From Cetorhinus maximus (lineage: Eukaryota), in NCBI RefSeq assembly GCF_964194155.1, contig NC_135894.1, positions 29,078,001-29,142,000 of the forward strand: a DNA stretch of 64,000 bases, read 5' to 3'. Positions 13,001 through 25,000 of this stretch are shown piece by piece. Under the pieces are notes generated by a model. It did not search any database. It had not been told where the DNA came from and worked only from the letters and a program-made list of their open reading frames with translations. Both the position numbers and the translations under genes were made by a program. The number at the start of each line of letters is the position of its first letter. Within the stretch, counting starts at the first letter, position 1.

Positions 13001-16000
13001 AATGTCCATCACCAAGAGTGGCTTGGTAGCACCACTACTGACCGAGCTGGCCAAGTCCTAAAGGACATAGCTGCTAGACTGGGTCTGTGGCAGGTGATGA
13101 GGGAACCAACAAGAGGGAAAAACATACTTGACCTTGCCCTCACCAACCTGCCTGTCGCAGGATACCATGACAGTGATCGGTAGGAGTGACCACCACAAAG
13201 ACCTTGTGGGGATGGTCTTCATACCTCCATTATGTTGTGTGGCACTACCACCGTGCTAAATGAGATAGGTTTCAAACAGATCTAAAAACCCAAGGCTGGG
13301 CATCTATGAGGCGCTGTGGGCCATCAGCAGCAGCAGAATTGTACTCAACCACAAACCGTAACATCATGGCCTGGCTTATCCCCCACGCTACCATTACTAT
13401 CAAGCCAGGGGATCAACCTTGGTTCAGTGAGGAGTGGAGGAGGGCACACCTAAAAATGAGGTATCAATCTGGTGAAGCTAGAACACACGCATGCTAAACA
13501 ATGGAAACAGTACATGATAAAGCTAAGCGATCCCACAATCAAAGGATCAGATCTCCTGCTACATGCAGTCGTCAATGGTGGTGGAAAATTAAACAACTCA
13601 CTGGAGGAGGAGGCTCCACAAATATCCCCATCCTCAATGATGGAGGAGCCCAGCAGAGCAGTGTAAAAGATAAGACTGAAACGTTTGAGACCATCTTCGG
13701 CCAGAAGTGTCAGGTGGATGATCCATCTCGGCCTCTTCCGGAGGATCACAGATTCCAAAATTCACACAATTTGATTCACTCCACATGATATCAGGGAATA
13801 GCTGAAAGCACTGGATTCTGCAACAGTTGTGGGACCTAATAAATCTCGGCAATGGCACTGAAGACTTGTTCTCCAGATCTTGCCGTGTCCCTAGCCAAGC
13901 TGTTCCAGTACAGCTATAACACTCTCATCTACCCAGCTATGTGGAAATTGCCCAGGTATTGGACAGGACGTCCTTCATGCTTCATTGGCTATGAGAACAT
14001 GTTCAATTGTGTTTATCACCGAAAGTTAATAGATGTGTTGTGGAAATGTGACATTGAAGTAAAGATGTGAGATTTATCTAGGACTTGTACTGGGACCAAA
14101 TAGCGAGTATCAGGCGAGAAGATGGACAATCAGACATGTTTAAGTGAAGAGTATGATTAGGCTGTGTACTGTCACCAAAATTATTCAATCTGTACACAGA
14201 ACAAATATCCAGAGAATTAGACGTACTTTCAGGGTAAAAATTGGGGGAAAGAACATAACAAACCTGCTGTATGCTTGATAAACAATGCAGGGAAGGATAT
14301 ATTGATAGAGTGAGCTGAAGACGGATGAGGGGGTCTCTTATGGAATTTAAACACTGGCATAAACCAGTTGGGCCAAATATATACTCTGCAATTCTATATG
14401 GTGTACCCGTATTCACCTGCTTCCACTCCATCTCATCTCTCGATGACTCTTTAGGAAATGCCACTTGACAGTCCAGGCAAGACACTTCAAGGATGGTAGT
14501 GGAGTCATGCGCATTGTTCTGGGTGCCCTCGTCCTTATTACTGCCAAACAACAGATCCTGACAGCATTTTGAATCATTTGGGTGCATTTCTTTCTCATTC
14601 GTGTAATGTTGGTCACCATTCAACTTGCTGCCACTTGACACTGAGGAAGATGGTTCTGGTCCAAGCCTCGGTTTTTGGAAGGTGTAATGATCAATCTTTG
14701 AGTTGTTGGGCATTTTCAGAAGACTCTCTTGGACATTCCCATTCCCATCCAGCATTTCCGAAGCTTGTGCCTTGAAGCCCAACTTCCCTTGGCTTTTCTC
14801 ATTCGAATTTTCCAAACTTCTGGCTTGTGGCCTGAGTGCCGACTTAAACTGCAAAAGAATGAGCAATTCTTAATCCTGTGGCAATCTGGTTAATGTTCAG
14901 GTCGAAAGGGAATTGGATAAATATCTGAGAACGGAAAATGTGCATGTGTATGGGGAAAGAGTAGGAAGACTAATTGAACAGATCTTGCAAAGGGCTAACA
15001 CAGGCAGGATGGCCTGAATGGCTCCTATGTTGGATCATTCTCTGACTTTACAATTTACTGTCTCGAAACTTCACTTTGGCACCAGATTCAATGAATATTT
15101 TGGTCAGACCCTCCTTGATTACATCAAAATAAAACATTAGCCCACAATTGCAAGTCAAAAATATTTTTGCTATAAAGGTTAGTTCTCATCAAATTGAAAA
15201 TGATAAATCACACAAACTGGTGTGAGTCTATGACATTTTTTTTAATGATTCTATCAATCTTCTACTGAAAGGTAAGCCTAGGGGGAACCACTGGAAAGCC
15301 ACACGTCCCCGGCTGTGTATTCAGCTAGCAGACAGATGTTCAGAACTCACCAGCTCTGGATTGGTTCCCAGGCTAGTTCATTAAAATCAATGAAGATGTT
15401 CTAGTTTACACATAGACCCCGCCCATTAACCAATTGGAGCTTCAGGAGAGGGAGAGAGGTGGCAGATCTGAGGCAGTCAGTTTGATGGGGGATTCTGAAG
15501 CAAAAACCTATGCCAATTACTAGGTTACAAAAGCAAAGGGAATACCCAGCTGCCAGTCTGTATCTTGTTCTCATGTTTTGCTTTCGGACTGCGCTGACCT
15601 TTATTCTGCTATTCACACCTACTCTGGACCAATGCTTTGTTTCTTTGTTGCTACCATTCCCACTCCCTTTGCTTTTTGTTCCATGACATTTTTGTCACTT
15701 AATCTCCCCCACCCGCTAACCTACCTCTGACCTTCCTTTTTGTTCTACCTGACCCTCCCCCTTCTTTCAAACCTAAAACCCATCACATTTCTACCTCTCT
15801 ATAGTTCTGAAGAAGTCATATTGGACTTGAAACTTTAACTCTGTTTCTCTCACCATAGATGCTGCCAGACCTGCTGAGTTTTTCCAGCACTTTCTGTTCT
15901 TATATGAGAGGGGGTACCTTGAATTGGAGTTGTACTGACTGGAACACAGAGAACAATGACCTCCAATTGAATAGAGATTGTATTTGAAACGACATTTCCT

Positions 16001-19000
16001 CTTACCCTGTGTCTGTCTATTGAAGCTAGAAAATCCAGGTCAGTTGTGTCTGAGATCCCTCCATGGACAACCAGCACCTTCGAATCAATTATTGTTGCTA
16101 ATGGCAGCCAACTGAACACATCTTGTATGAGGTGAAGGATCTTTTTCCCGTGTAACTATGCAAGGGGACAACGTGAGCTTTGAGCAACAAGCTGAGGTAC
16201 ATTTGATTTTAAAAGGCATTTTATTTCTACAGAGTGGTTCAGTACAATCATTGTGAAACTGAGATCTCTCTTGGTGAAGGCTGGTGAAGAGGGGGTCAGC
16301 GATGGCCTGAGGCAGTTTACCCGAGGGTGGGAAGAAATGTCAGATGCAAAGTCCTCCTCAGTCCGCCTGCGCACCCTGTGATGACTGGTTCCTAGTGGTA
16401 GTAGTGGAGGTCTGGCAACACCTAAAGGCCTCATTGCCATGGTTAGTGAATGAGGTAGAGATACTGAGCAGCTCGTAAAAATGTCAGGTAAAAGACATAG
16501 TATTCCCTACAGAAACAAATAGGAAAGGGGAAGGGAGAGCATCCCCTTCATTGCCTTGTAGCAGACCGTCTAAACCCCACTTCTCCCCCCCATGCTGAAC
16601 GATTAGAATGATCTAGAAATTAGATTGTGTAGTGACAGCTTTTCAGGCACAAAACATTCTATATCAGGTATATGCCAGGTATAGGCCCATAATACCCACC
16701 TGGAGATAATACCAGGCCCAGTGTCTAAACAAATCAAGAGCCCAATGCCAAACATCAGACCCATTGCCAGGATTGGTTGCTGCCTAACAGTGTGTGGCCC
16801 ATGTTTAGCATGTGTGTGGTCCGTGTGTTAGATTATGAAGACAGGTTACGTAAACTCTTTCCCTCTCCACAGATGCTACCTGACCTGCTGAGTATTTCCA
16901 GCACTTTTGTTTGCTTTTAATACATAAACCTGTGCTGTCTGTCCTTGTGTTCAGAAAGCCAAGATGTTTAAAATCTAACTGAGGTGTTTAAAATGATGAA
17001 AGGCATTCATGGTGTAGATAGAGAGCAACTGGGGAAGTCCAGCGCCAAGGGGCCACAATCTTAAATTTAAAGTCAGCCCGTTCACACAAAGGGGAGTGGA
17101 AATCTGGAATTCTGCCCCACGTAAAGACTGCGGATGATGGGACACTTGGAATTTTCAATACGGAGACCTTTAAGCCTGGACAAGGACAAAAATAAAGGAA
17201 ACGAAAGATTTAAATTTCTAAAACGCCTTTCACAACCCCCAGACATCTCAAAGATGCTACAGCCAATCAAGTGTAGTCACTGTTGGAATGTAGGAAATGT
17301 GGCAACTGATTTGTGCACAGCAAGTTCCCACAAACAGTAATATGATAATGAGCTGATGATCTGTTTTTGTGATGTTGGTTGAGAAATAAACATTGGCGAG
17401 TACACCGGGGAGAACTCCCCTGTGTTAAAGTCTTGTCAGCTCGATTGTTAATGTCAATTCCATTGTTAAGGTTTGTTAATGTGGGTGTAAATTGGGAGGT
17501 GGAAGGGAGAGGAACTTGGTGAAATTACAATCACTAGGGAAGTGGTACTGAGTAAACTGATGGAGCTGCGGACTGACAAGTCTCCGGATCCTGATGGACT
17601 TCATCCTAGGGTCTTATAAGAGGTGGCTAATGAGGTAGTAGGTGCGTTGGTGCTAATTTTCCAAAATTCCCTAGATTCTGGAAAAGTTCCATCAAACTGG
17701 AAAATAACAAATATAATCCCTCTATTCAAGAAGGAATGGAGGCAGAAAACAGGAAACTATAGGCCAGTTAACTTGCTGTCTGTCATGGGGAAGCTGTTAG
17801 AGTAAATCATTAAAGAGGTTATAGCTGGGCACTTAGAGAAACTCAAGGTAGTCAGGAAGAGTCAGCAAGGCTTTGTGAAAGGTAAGTCATGTTTCACCAA
17901 TTTATTAGAGTTCTTTGAAGGAGTAACATGTGCAGTGGATAGAGGGGAGTCTGTAGACATATTGTACTTGGATTTCCAAGCATTTGATAAGGTGCCACAT
18001 CAAAGATTATTGTGGAAAATAAAAGCTCATAGTGTAGGGGGTAACATATTATCCTGGCTGACAGAAAACAGAGAGTATGTATAAATGGGTCTTTGTCTGA
18101 TTGGCAGGATATGACGAGTGGAGTCCCACAGGGGTCTGTGCTGGGGCCTCAACTTTTTACAATTTACATCAATGACTTAAATGAGGGGAGTGAAGGCATG
18201 GTAGCTAAATTTGCAGATGACACAAAGATAGGCAGGAAAGTATATTGTGAAGAAGACATAAGGAGTTTGCAGACATATGTTTGTATGTTCGTAATGGCAA
18301 TTACACTGTCAATGTTTGTTAACGTCAATTACATGGTTAAGAGAAACAGGTGATGGGTATTATCTTAGAGCACATATAAATAGGGGACCTGGCATGGAGG
18401 GTATTGCATGCAGCAAAGCCATACAATTGTAGTTTAAGGTGGTTCATGGACTCCCATGCCATGTGTTTTCTGAGGCCAAGGGGAGTCTGTGTTCCACATG
18501 TACGTAGGTTGTCAGAGATTGCAGCCCCTTTTTCATTTTTGAAGGGGCTGCGCCTGAATTTCTGGTTGCACTTCAGCCCCACATTCCTGATCTTTGGTCA
18601 CCCGTTGTGGAGGGGGGCGGGGAGGGAGGAGGACCTCCTTGTAAACCTGCTCCTGGGCCTGGCCAAGGTGACCATCAACAGGCCCAGGCAGTGGGCGATC
18701 AAGGGGGTCATTCAACCTGGCTGTCTGCCCCTCTACCGTGGTTATGTTCATGGCCAGGTGGCCCTGGAGAGGGAGCATGCAGTGTCCACCGGAATGCTAG
18801 AGACCTTCCACAATCAGTGGGCACCACGGGGGCTAGGGTGCACCATCAGCCCCGGAAATGATATTTTGATTCAATTAGTTAAGTTTCCTTTCACGTTTTT
18901 GTTTTAGTTCCAGTGCCCCACTAGGGGCTGTTTACCCCCTCTTATTTATTGATTTTAATTTAATTTATCGATTTGGTGTTTTACAAAGGAGTCTATAAAT

Positions 19001-22000
19001 AGGGGATAATTAATTTAATTAGCTACATTTCCTCTGAAAGTTTTCTTTTTCTTACAAGTACCCCTTTACGGGGCTGTCACCCCTGCTAATTTCTTAACTG
19101 GTTTATTTTTTATTTGGTTCAAAAAAGAGTATATAAATAGGGGACAGCTGGGGCACTGGCTTGAGTGGGATGAGAGCTGTGAGACTAAACAAGTCAATAA
19201 ACTCTCTCAATAAAGAAATGCTCCGTGTCTTGGTTTCAACTTCAATAACAGGCTTGGATCCTATTAATACCCTGCTCTTCTTTGAAATAGTGCCATGGGA
19301 TCTTTTACCTGGGAGAGCAAGGGGGCCTCACTTTAATGTTTCATCTAAAAGACAGCACCACTGACAGTGCAACACTCTCTCAGCACAGCACACAAATACC
19401 TGCCTAGGTTGTTAATGCTCAATTCCTAGTGTGGGGTTTGAACCCACAACCATGTGACTCAGAGGAAAGTGTACAACCCACTAAGCCACAGCTAACACAT
19501 ACAGATATACATGAAATAATAGATATGATTCAAAGGCAAGTAAATGGAGGTAAGCCATTGCTCAAACATGATCGAATTGAATCGGGGAGCAGGCTCAAGG
19601 GGCTGAATGGCCTCCTCCTGTTCTGGTCTCAACATGATGAGCATTGTTCACAAGCAGTAGTGGAGGGACCACAATATATATCTCTGAGAAACAACAATGG
19701 AGATCAATTTTTTAATTCTTTCCTGGGACGTGAGCGTCGCTGGCTGGGCCAGCGTTTATTACCCATCCCTAATTGCCCTCAAGAAGGTGGTGGTGAGCTG
19801 CCTTCTTGAGCTGCTGCAGTCCATGTGGTGTAGGTACATACACAGTGCTGTTAGGGTGTGAGTTCCAGGATTTTGACCCAGAGACAGTGAAGGAACGGTG
19901 ATACATTTCCAAGTCAGGATGGTGAGTGGCTTGGAGGGGAACTTCCAGGTGGTGGTGTTCCCATGTGTCTGCTGCCCTTGTCCTTCTAGATGGTAGTGGT
20001 CATGGGTTTGGAAGGTGCTGCCTAAGGAGTCTTGGTGAATTCCTGCGGTGCATCTTGTCGATGGTACACACTGCTGCTACTGTACATCGGTGGTGGAGGG
20101 AGTGAATTTTTTCAATGAAGGTAGAGATGAAAAATCCTTACCTTATACTTTTGCATAACTTCTTTTGTGAAACCATACCTGAAACAATTTGAAATAAATG
20201 GACAATTTCTATCAAATAGTCATGGGGGAGAATAATCTCTTCATATCTCAGTAAACATCACAGGCAGAATTTTTCGCTTGGTGTATGGGCGTGCACCCGA
20301 CCCACTTGAGTGTGAAATAGCGCATCATGACTTCAGGCGAGTGTCCCGATGTCATCACACACTCGTGTGATATTTCAGTCAGCGGGCGAACACGAGAGTT
20401 GGAAGCGTGCCCGCCGACAATTAAGAGGCCTATTAAGGCCATCCACGGGTAGGATGAGATTTCCAATATTAACTTTAAAAAAAATAAAAATGTTTGGACA
20501 GAGTTTTCACGATCTATAGGTTCCGGTGACTGATTCTGCTGTGGAGCATTTTTCCCAGTTTTTAAAATCTTTATTTTTTTTGCATTTAAATTCTTCAGCT
20601 TCCTGAAGCAGCTCTCTGCTTTCCGGGAGCTTTCATTCTGCGCTCCACCACGCCCGCGCTAACTTCAGTGTTTGCCCTCCTCCCACCCCGACTCCAGCAG
20701 TACTGAGCCTTGCACACTGGCCGGCCATGACTTGGCCAGTGGGGTCGGGGGCCAATCATGGTCGGGTGTCCGTTCCCAGGTCACTCCTGGGCTCACTGAT
20801 CACAGACACCTGTCGAACTAAAAACTCTGCCCCACAATTAAACATATCTAAACATATCTAAACATATAAAAACACCAATATCACGATGAATATCATCATG
20901 GCAGCTGATCAGTTATCACTCAAACGTACTGAATAGTTTCATGGTATAAAATCACAGTAATTGAGAAGCGCAAGTTGACAGGAGTGTTGTAGGATATCTC
21001 ACCAGGACAAGTATAATGTTAAACCCTTCCCCTGGATTTATTTGATATAACTCGCAACATATTCAATTCGAATATCTCTATTAATGAGGGAAATATGTTA
21101 CGATGATTAGCTCTTTTAGATTGTGGATGAAAGGAGGCCACTTTGAGCTTTGTTTCGTTGTTAATCTGCTAGGTAAGTTATCTTAGATATTCACATTTCG
21201 TCTTGCATTCGGGGTCTAGATGGGGTTTCTTTTGGGTTTGTGAACTGCACTTCCTCGTTCGGTTGAGTGTCTTCTATCTGGGTGGTTGTAGAGTTTTTCC
21301 TTGTTTCTGGTTCCTTGTCTCCATCCGGATCCAAATAGTATGTCCAAGTAGGGTAACCAGATATTCAAAAGTCAAAACCGGGACACATTGAAAAGCCTTG
21401 GGTAAGCAGGGCTCTGTGATGATTGGCATGTTGGGCAACCAATGGCAGGAGTCTGGGGTTAGGAGCAGTTGAATGTTGGAGGTCATGTGATGACATCTCC
21501 CAGAATATGTCCAGCCAGATTTGGTAACCCTATTCTGTGGATCGTTTAAAAGGCGTCATCAGCAATGGAGCCATTGGTGCCAAACAGGTAGTGACAGCTC
21601 CTTCGGGCAGTGAGGGAAGGGGTACAGGTCCACTGCATGCATTGCAACACGATGTGATGGGTGTTTACAGGAAGAAGGATAATATTTCACACAGATTTTC
21701 TCCCACCTCAGGCCCAGTTTATATTTGACAAAAAGGGAAAAGGTGAAAACTGGGACGTCTAAACTATTTTTAGGAATTTGTCAGGACATTTAATGAAAAG
21801 CCAAGACTGTCCTGGCAAAACCAGGGCATCTAGTCACCCTGAGCAAGAGGGATCCAGAACAATGCTACCTTTCATCTGTCTTAGTTCAATCTGCACCATC
21901 TATAATGCAGGCAGCGGTCCAGGACATCGCTGTCGTGACATCACTTCCTCTGCATGTGCAGGAAGTGCTCCCCCTTAGCGTTGTGGCACAAGTAAACACA

Positions 22001-25000
22001 GCCAATCAGGAACTCTCAGCCCCTGCTCGCTCCAGACTGGATTTTAACTGGGTCGAGTTAAAATCACCCCCAAAGGCTTTATAAATCTCAGAGCTTGATT
22101 CTGCTTTCTATTTCTTGAATAAGGATAAACAGGTCATATTCTGAAAATGATTAATCCACTAAAAGCTAACTCATGCAATCATTAGAATTTTTATAGCACA
22201 GGAGGCCATTCGGGCCCACTGTGCCTAGGCTGGCTCTTTGAGAAAGCTGTACCATTCCTCCCTGCTCTTTCCCCAAAGCCCATTCAAGTGTTTAGCCATT
22301 TGAACATTACGATTGAATCTGCTTCCACCACCCATTCAGGCAGTGCATTCATATTCCTGGATGCTGTCAGATGGCTGTCAAGGTAGCTACACTTCAAGTG
22401 GATTGCAAATAAGAGCTGGAGCTTATTATGTAGTGGGGATTCTCCCTTCGACTGAAACTTCCCTCTGGCAGTACAGCTTCAGTAAATTTGTACGGGACAT
22501 ATATTCTGATACAAAATTGTCCTTAGAAAGCTCTAGGTGTTAATTCACTGATGGGCTACCAAACTCGAAGTACTGACCAGTAATGTCACAGAATAAGACT
22601 GAGGCACACAGGAGTTCACCTTAAATTCATAATATGATCCTCGTGATTTCCTCTGTTTAAATGCAAATCGTTTGGATAAATCAGGAGAAATGCAAACAGG
22701 AGAATTATAACCTCCATTGAATTCTTCCCTCTGTCAACAAAGTCCCCATTAAACACGTAAGGCTTCTCTGGGCTGGGTAGGCCATTCTGTGGAACCAAAA
22801 TCGATATGGTTAAATGGGAAACAGAGTTTAGATACAAAATACTCCATCTTCCAAGCTGAAAAGGACAAAAAATAGAAAGAACTTTGCAATTCCATGACAC
22901 TTTCCACATCCCCAGCATGCCCCAACATGTTTCCCAATCAATTAATTCCTATTGAAGTGCAGCTACTGTTGTTATGTAGACAATGGCATAGTGGTCATAT
23001 CACTAGCCCAGATGCCCAGGCTAATGCTCTGGAATATGAAACTAGTCTCAGTAATGGTGACCATGAAACCATCATCGATTATTGTAAAAACCCATCTGGT
23101 TCATTAATGTCCTTTAGGGAAGGAAATCTGCCGTCCTTACCCAGTCTGGCCTACATGTGACTCCAGACCCACAGCAATGTGGTTGACTCTTAACTGCCCT
23201 CTGAAATAGCTGCAAGCCACTCAGTTCATGGGAAATTAGCTACAGGCGACAAACATAGGCCTTGCCAGCAATGCCCATGTCCCATGAAAGAATATATAAA
23301 CAAAAAATACAACAGCCAATCTGTGCACAGCAAGATCCCACAAAGAGGACTGGGATAAATGAGCAGCTGATTGATTCTGGTGGCATTGGTTGAGGGATAA
23401 ATGTTGGTTATATCTCCAGCAGGTCCTCTGATCGTGGCGAACAGTGCCACGGGATCTGTTACATCCACCTGAACAAGATGTGACCTCAGTTTATCTCCTC
23501 CCCTGAAGCGAGCACCTCTGACAATGCAGGAATCCCTCAGCCCTGCACTAAAGAAGGGCAGAGGAGAGGTGCAGGCTCTAATGCTACCGCACCAGTTCAT
23601 AGCACTAACTGAAGTCTTGCCTTAACTGATCTTTACATTCATGAGTGACTAGGGAACACTCAATTTTCAAAGTACACATTTGGCAGTAGATTAGAGCCTT
23701 ATTCTTTCATCCCTAGCTGTGAATCTGGCATAGACTATAGGAATTAAAATTTCTAAAAACTGTTGGTTGTAAGGATCAGTAAGTTTCAGCACCTTTCTAA
23801 TGAACAGAGGTGTATAGCATGTTCATAAATAGGTGCAAGTTGGCACTAACTTGTCACTACACCATGCTCTTGCAAAGGGGAGGTCTGGGCCAGGAACCCT
23901 TGTGGTATAACAAGCATTTCTTTGTGTTAAAAAAAACTTGCCCTTCTCAGGTACTAATGTTCCTGCTATTCCTCCACTCTTTCCACTTTACCCTTAATAA
24001 GAAGCATGTTTTATAGTTCAGGGACTCTGTCTCTCTCCATCAACCTTGCCACTAAGTACTGAGCAGCTGCTGAAGCAGCCCACTGGCCTTCTGGTCAACA
24101 GCATTGCATCCTTGGAACTGGATAAACCCCCAAGCCCAGATCAAATGTATCCCAGGCTGTTAAGAGCAAAGAGGGAGGAGATAGAGGAGGTCAAACCATC
24201 ATTTTCCAATGCTCCTATAGGCTGGAGGACTGCTAACATTGCACTGTTGATAAAAAAAGAGGGCGGAACTGATAGTCCAAGTAATCCAACCTAACCTCAA
24301 TGACATGTAAATTATTGGCGGAAAAATCATCACTTAGAAAGTGTAATAAACTTGGTGTACTGGATAGGTTTCTTGTTAGAAACAGTTAACCTTATTTATA
24401 GATCTCCTGGTGAAGCCACATGCTTGAACCAGGTACATGACTAGAAAGCTCTGCCCCTAAGATTACCTGCGCTTAGGGCTGATTCGCCTGTACAATCACA
24501 TGACTCCCAAAACAGTATGAAAGGTTTTACTTACAATCACTACAAAAGGCACAGATTAATCAAGGGCAGTCGGCCACATTGGTTAAGGGGGAGTCAAATC
24601 TGACTAATTTGATTGAATTTTTTGAGGTGGTAACAAGAAGGGTGGTGCATCTGATGTAGTCTATATGGATTCTAGAAAGGCTTTTAAGGTCCCACATAGC
24701 AGACTGGTCCTGAAAGTAAAAATCCATGGGGTCCAAGGAAAAGTGGCAAGTTGGATCCAAAATTGGCTCAGAGGCAGGAAGCAAAGGTTGATGTGTGTTT
24801 TTGTGACTGGAAGGCTGTTTCCAATGGAGTTCCACAGGGCTCAGTGCCAAGTCCCTTACTTTTCCTGGTATATATCAATGAGTTAGACTTAGATGTAGGA
24901 GGCATGATTTGCTGATGATACGAAAATTGGCCATGCGACAGATAGTGAGGAAGAAAGCTGTAGACAGCAAGAGGATATCAATGGACTGGTCAGGGCGAGG

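Larger units (their letters stand above)
17423..19269 (+). mobile_element. Solo LTR hosting CR1 and Tx1 insertions
   Basis: Ends TGTTAA...TTAATA, 5-bp duplication ccctg at 17418-17422 and 19270-19274, TATA box and two AATAAA in the residual LTR sequence. Confidence 0.7.
17190..19500 (-). mobile_element. DeuSINE split by a solo LTR
   Basis: Deu-domain text gagaactcccctg (ends 17422) resumes as ccctgctcttctttgaaatagtgccatgggatc (from 19270). Confidence 0.75.

Noticed and set aside
14078-14416. Open frame continuing 113 codons past the insert exon
   Set aside because: Good donor at 14416 right after the conserved EWKQ; the extension is mostly antisense decayed CR1
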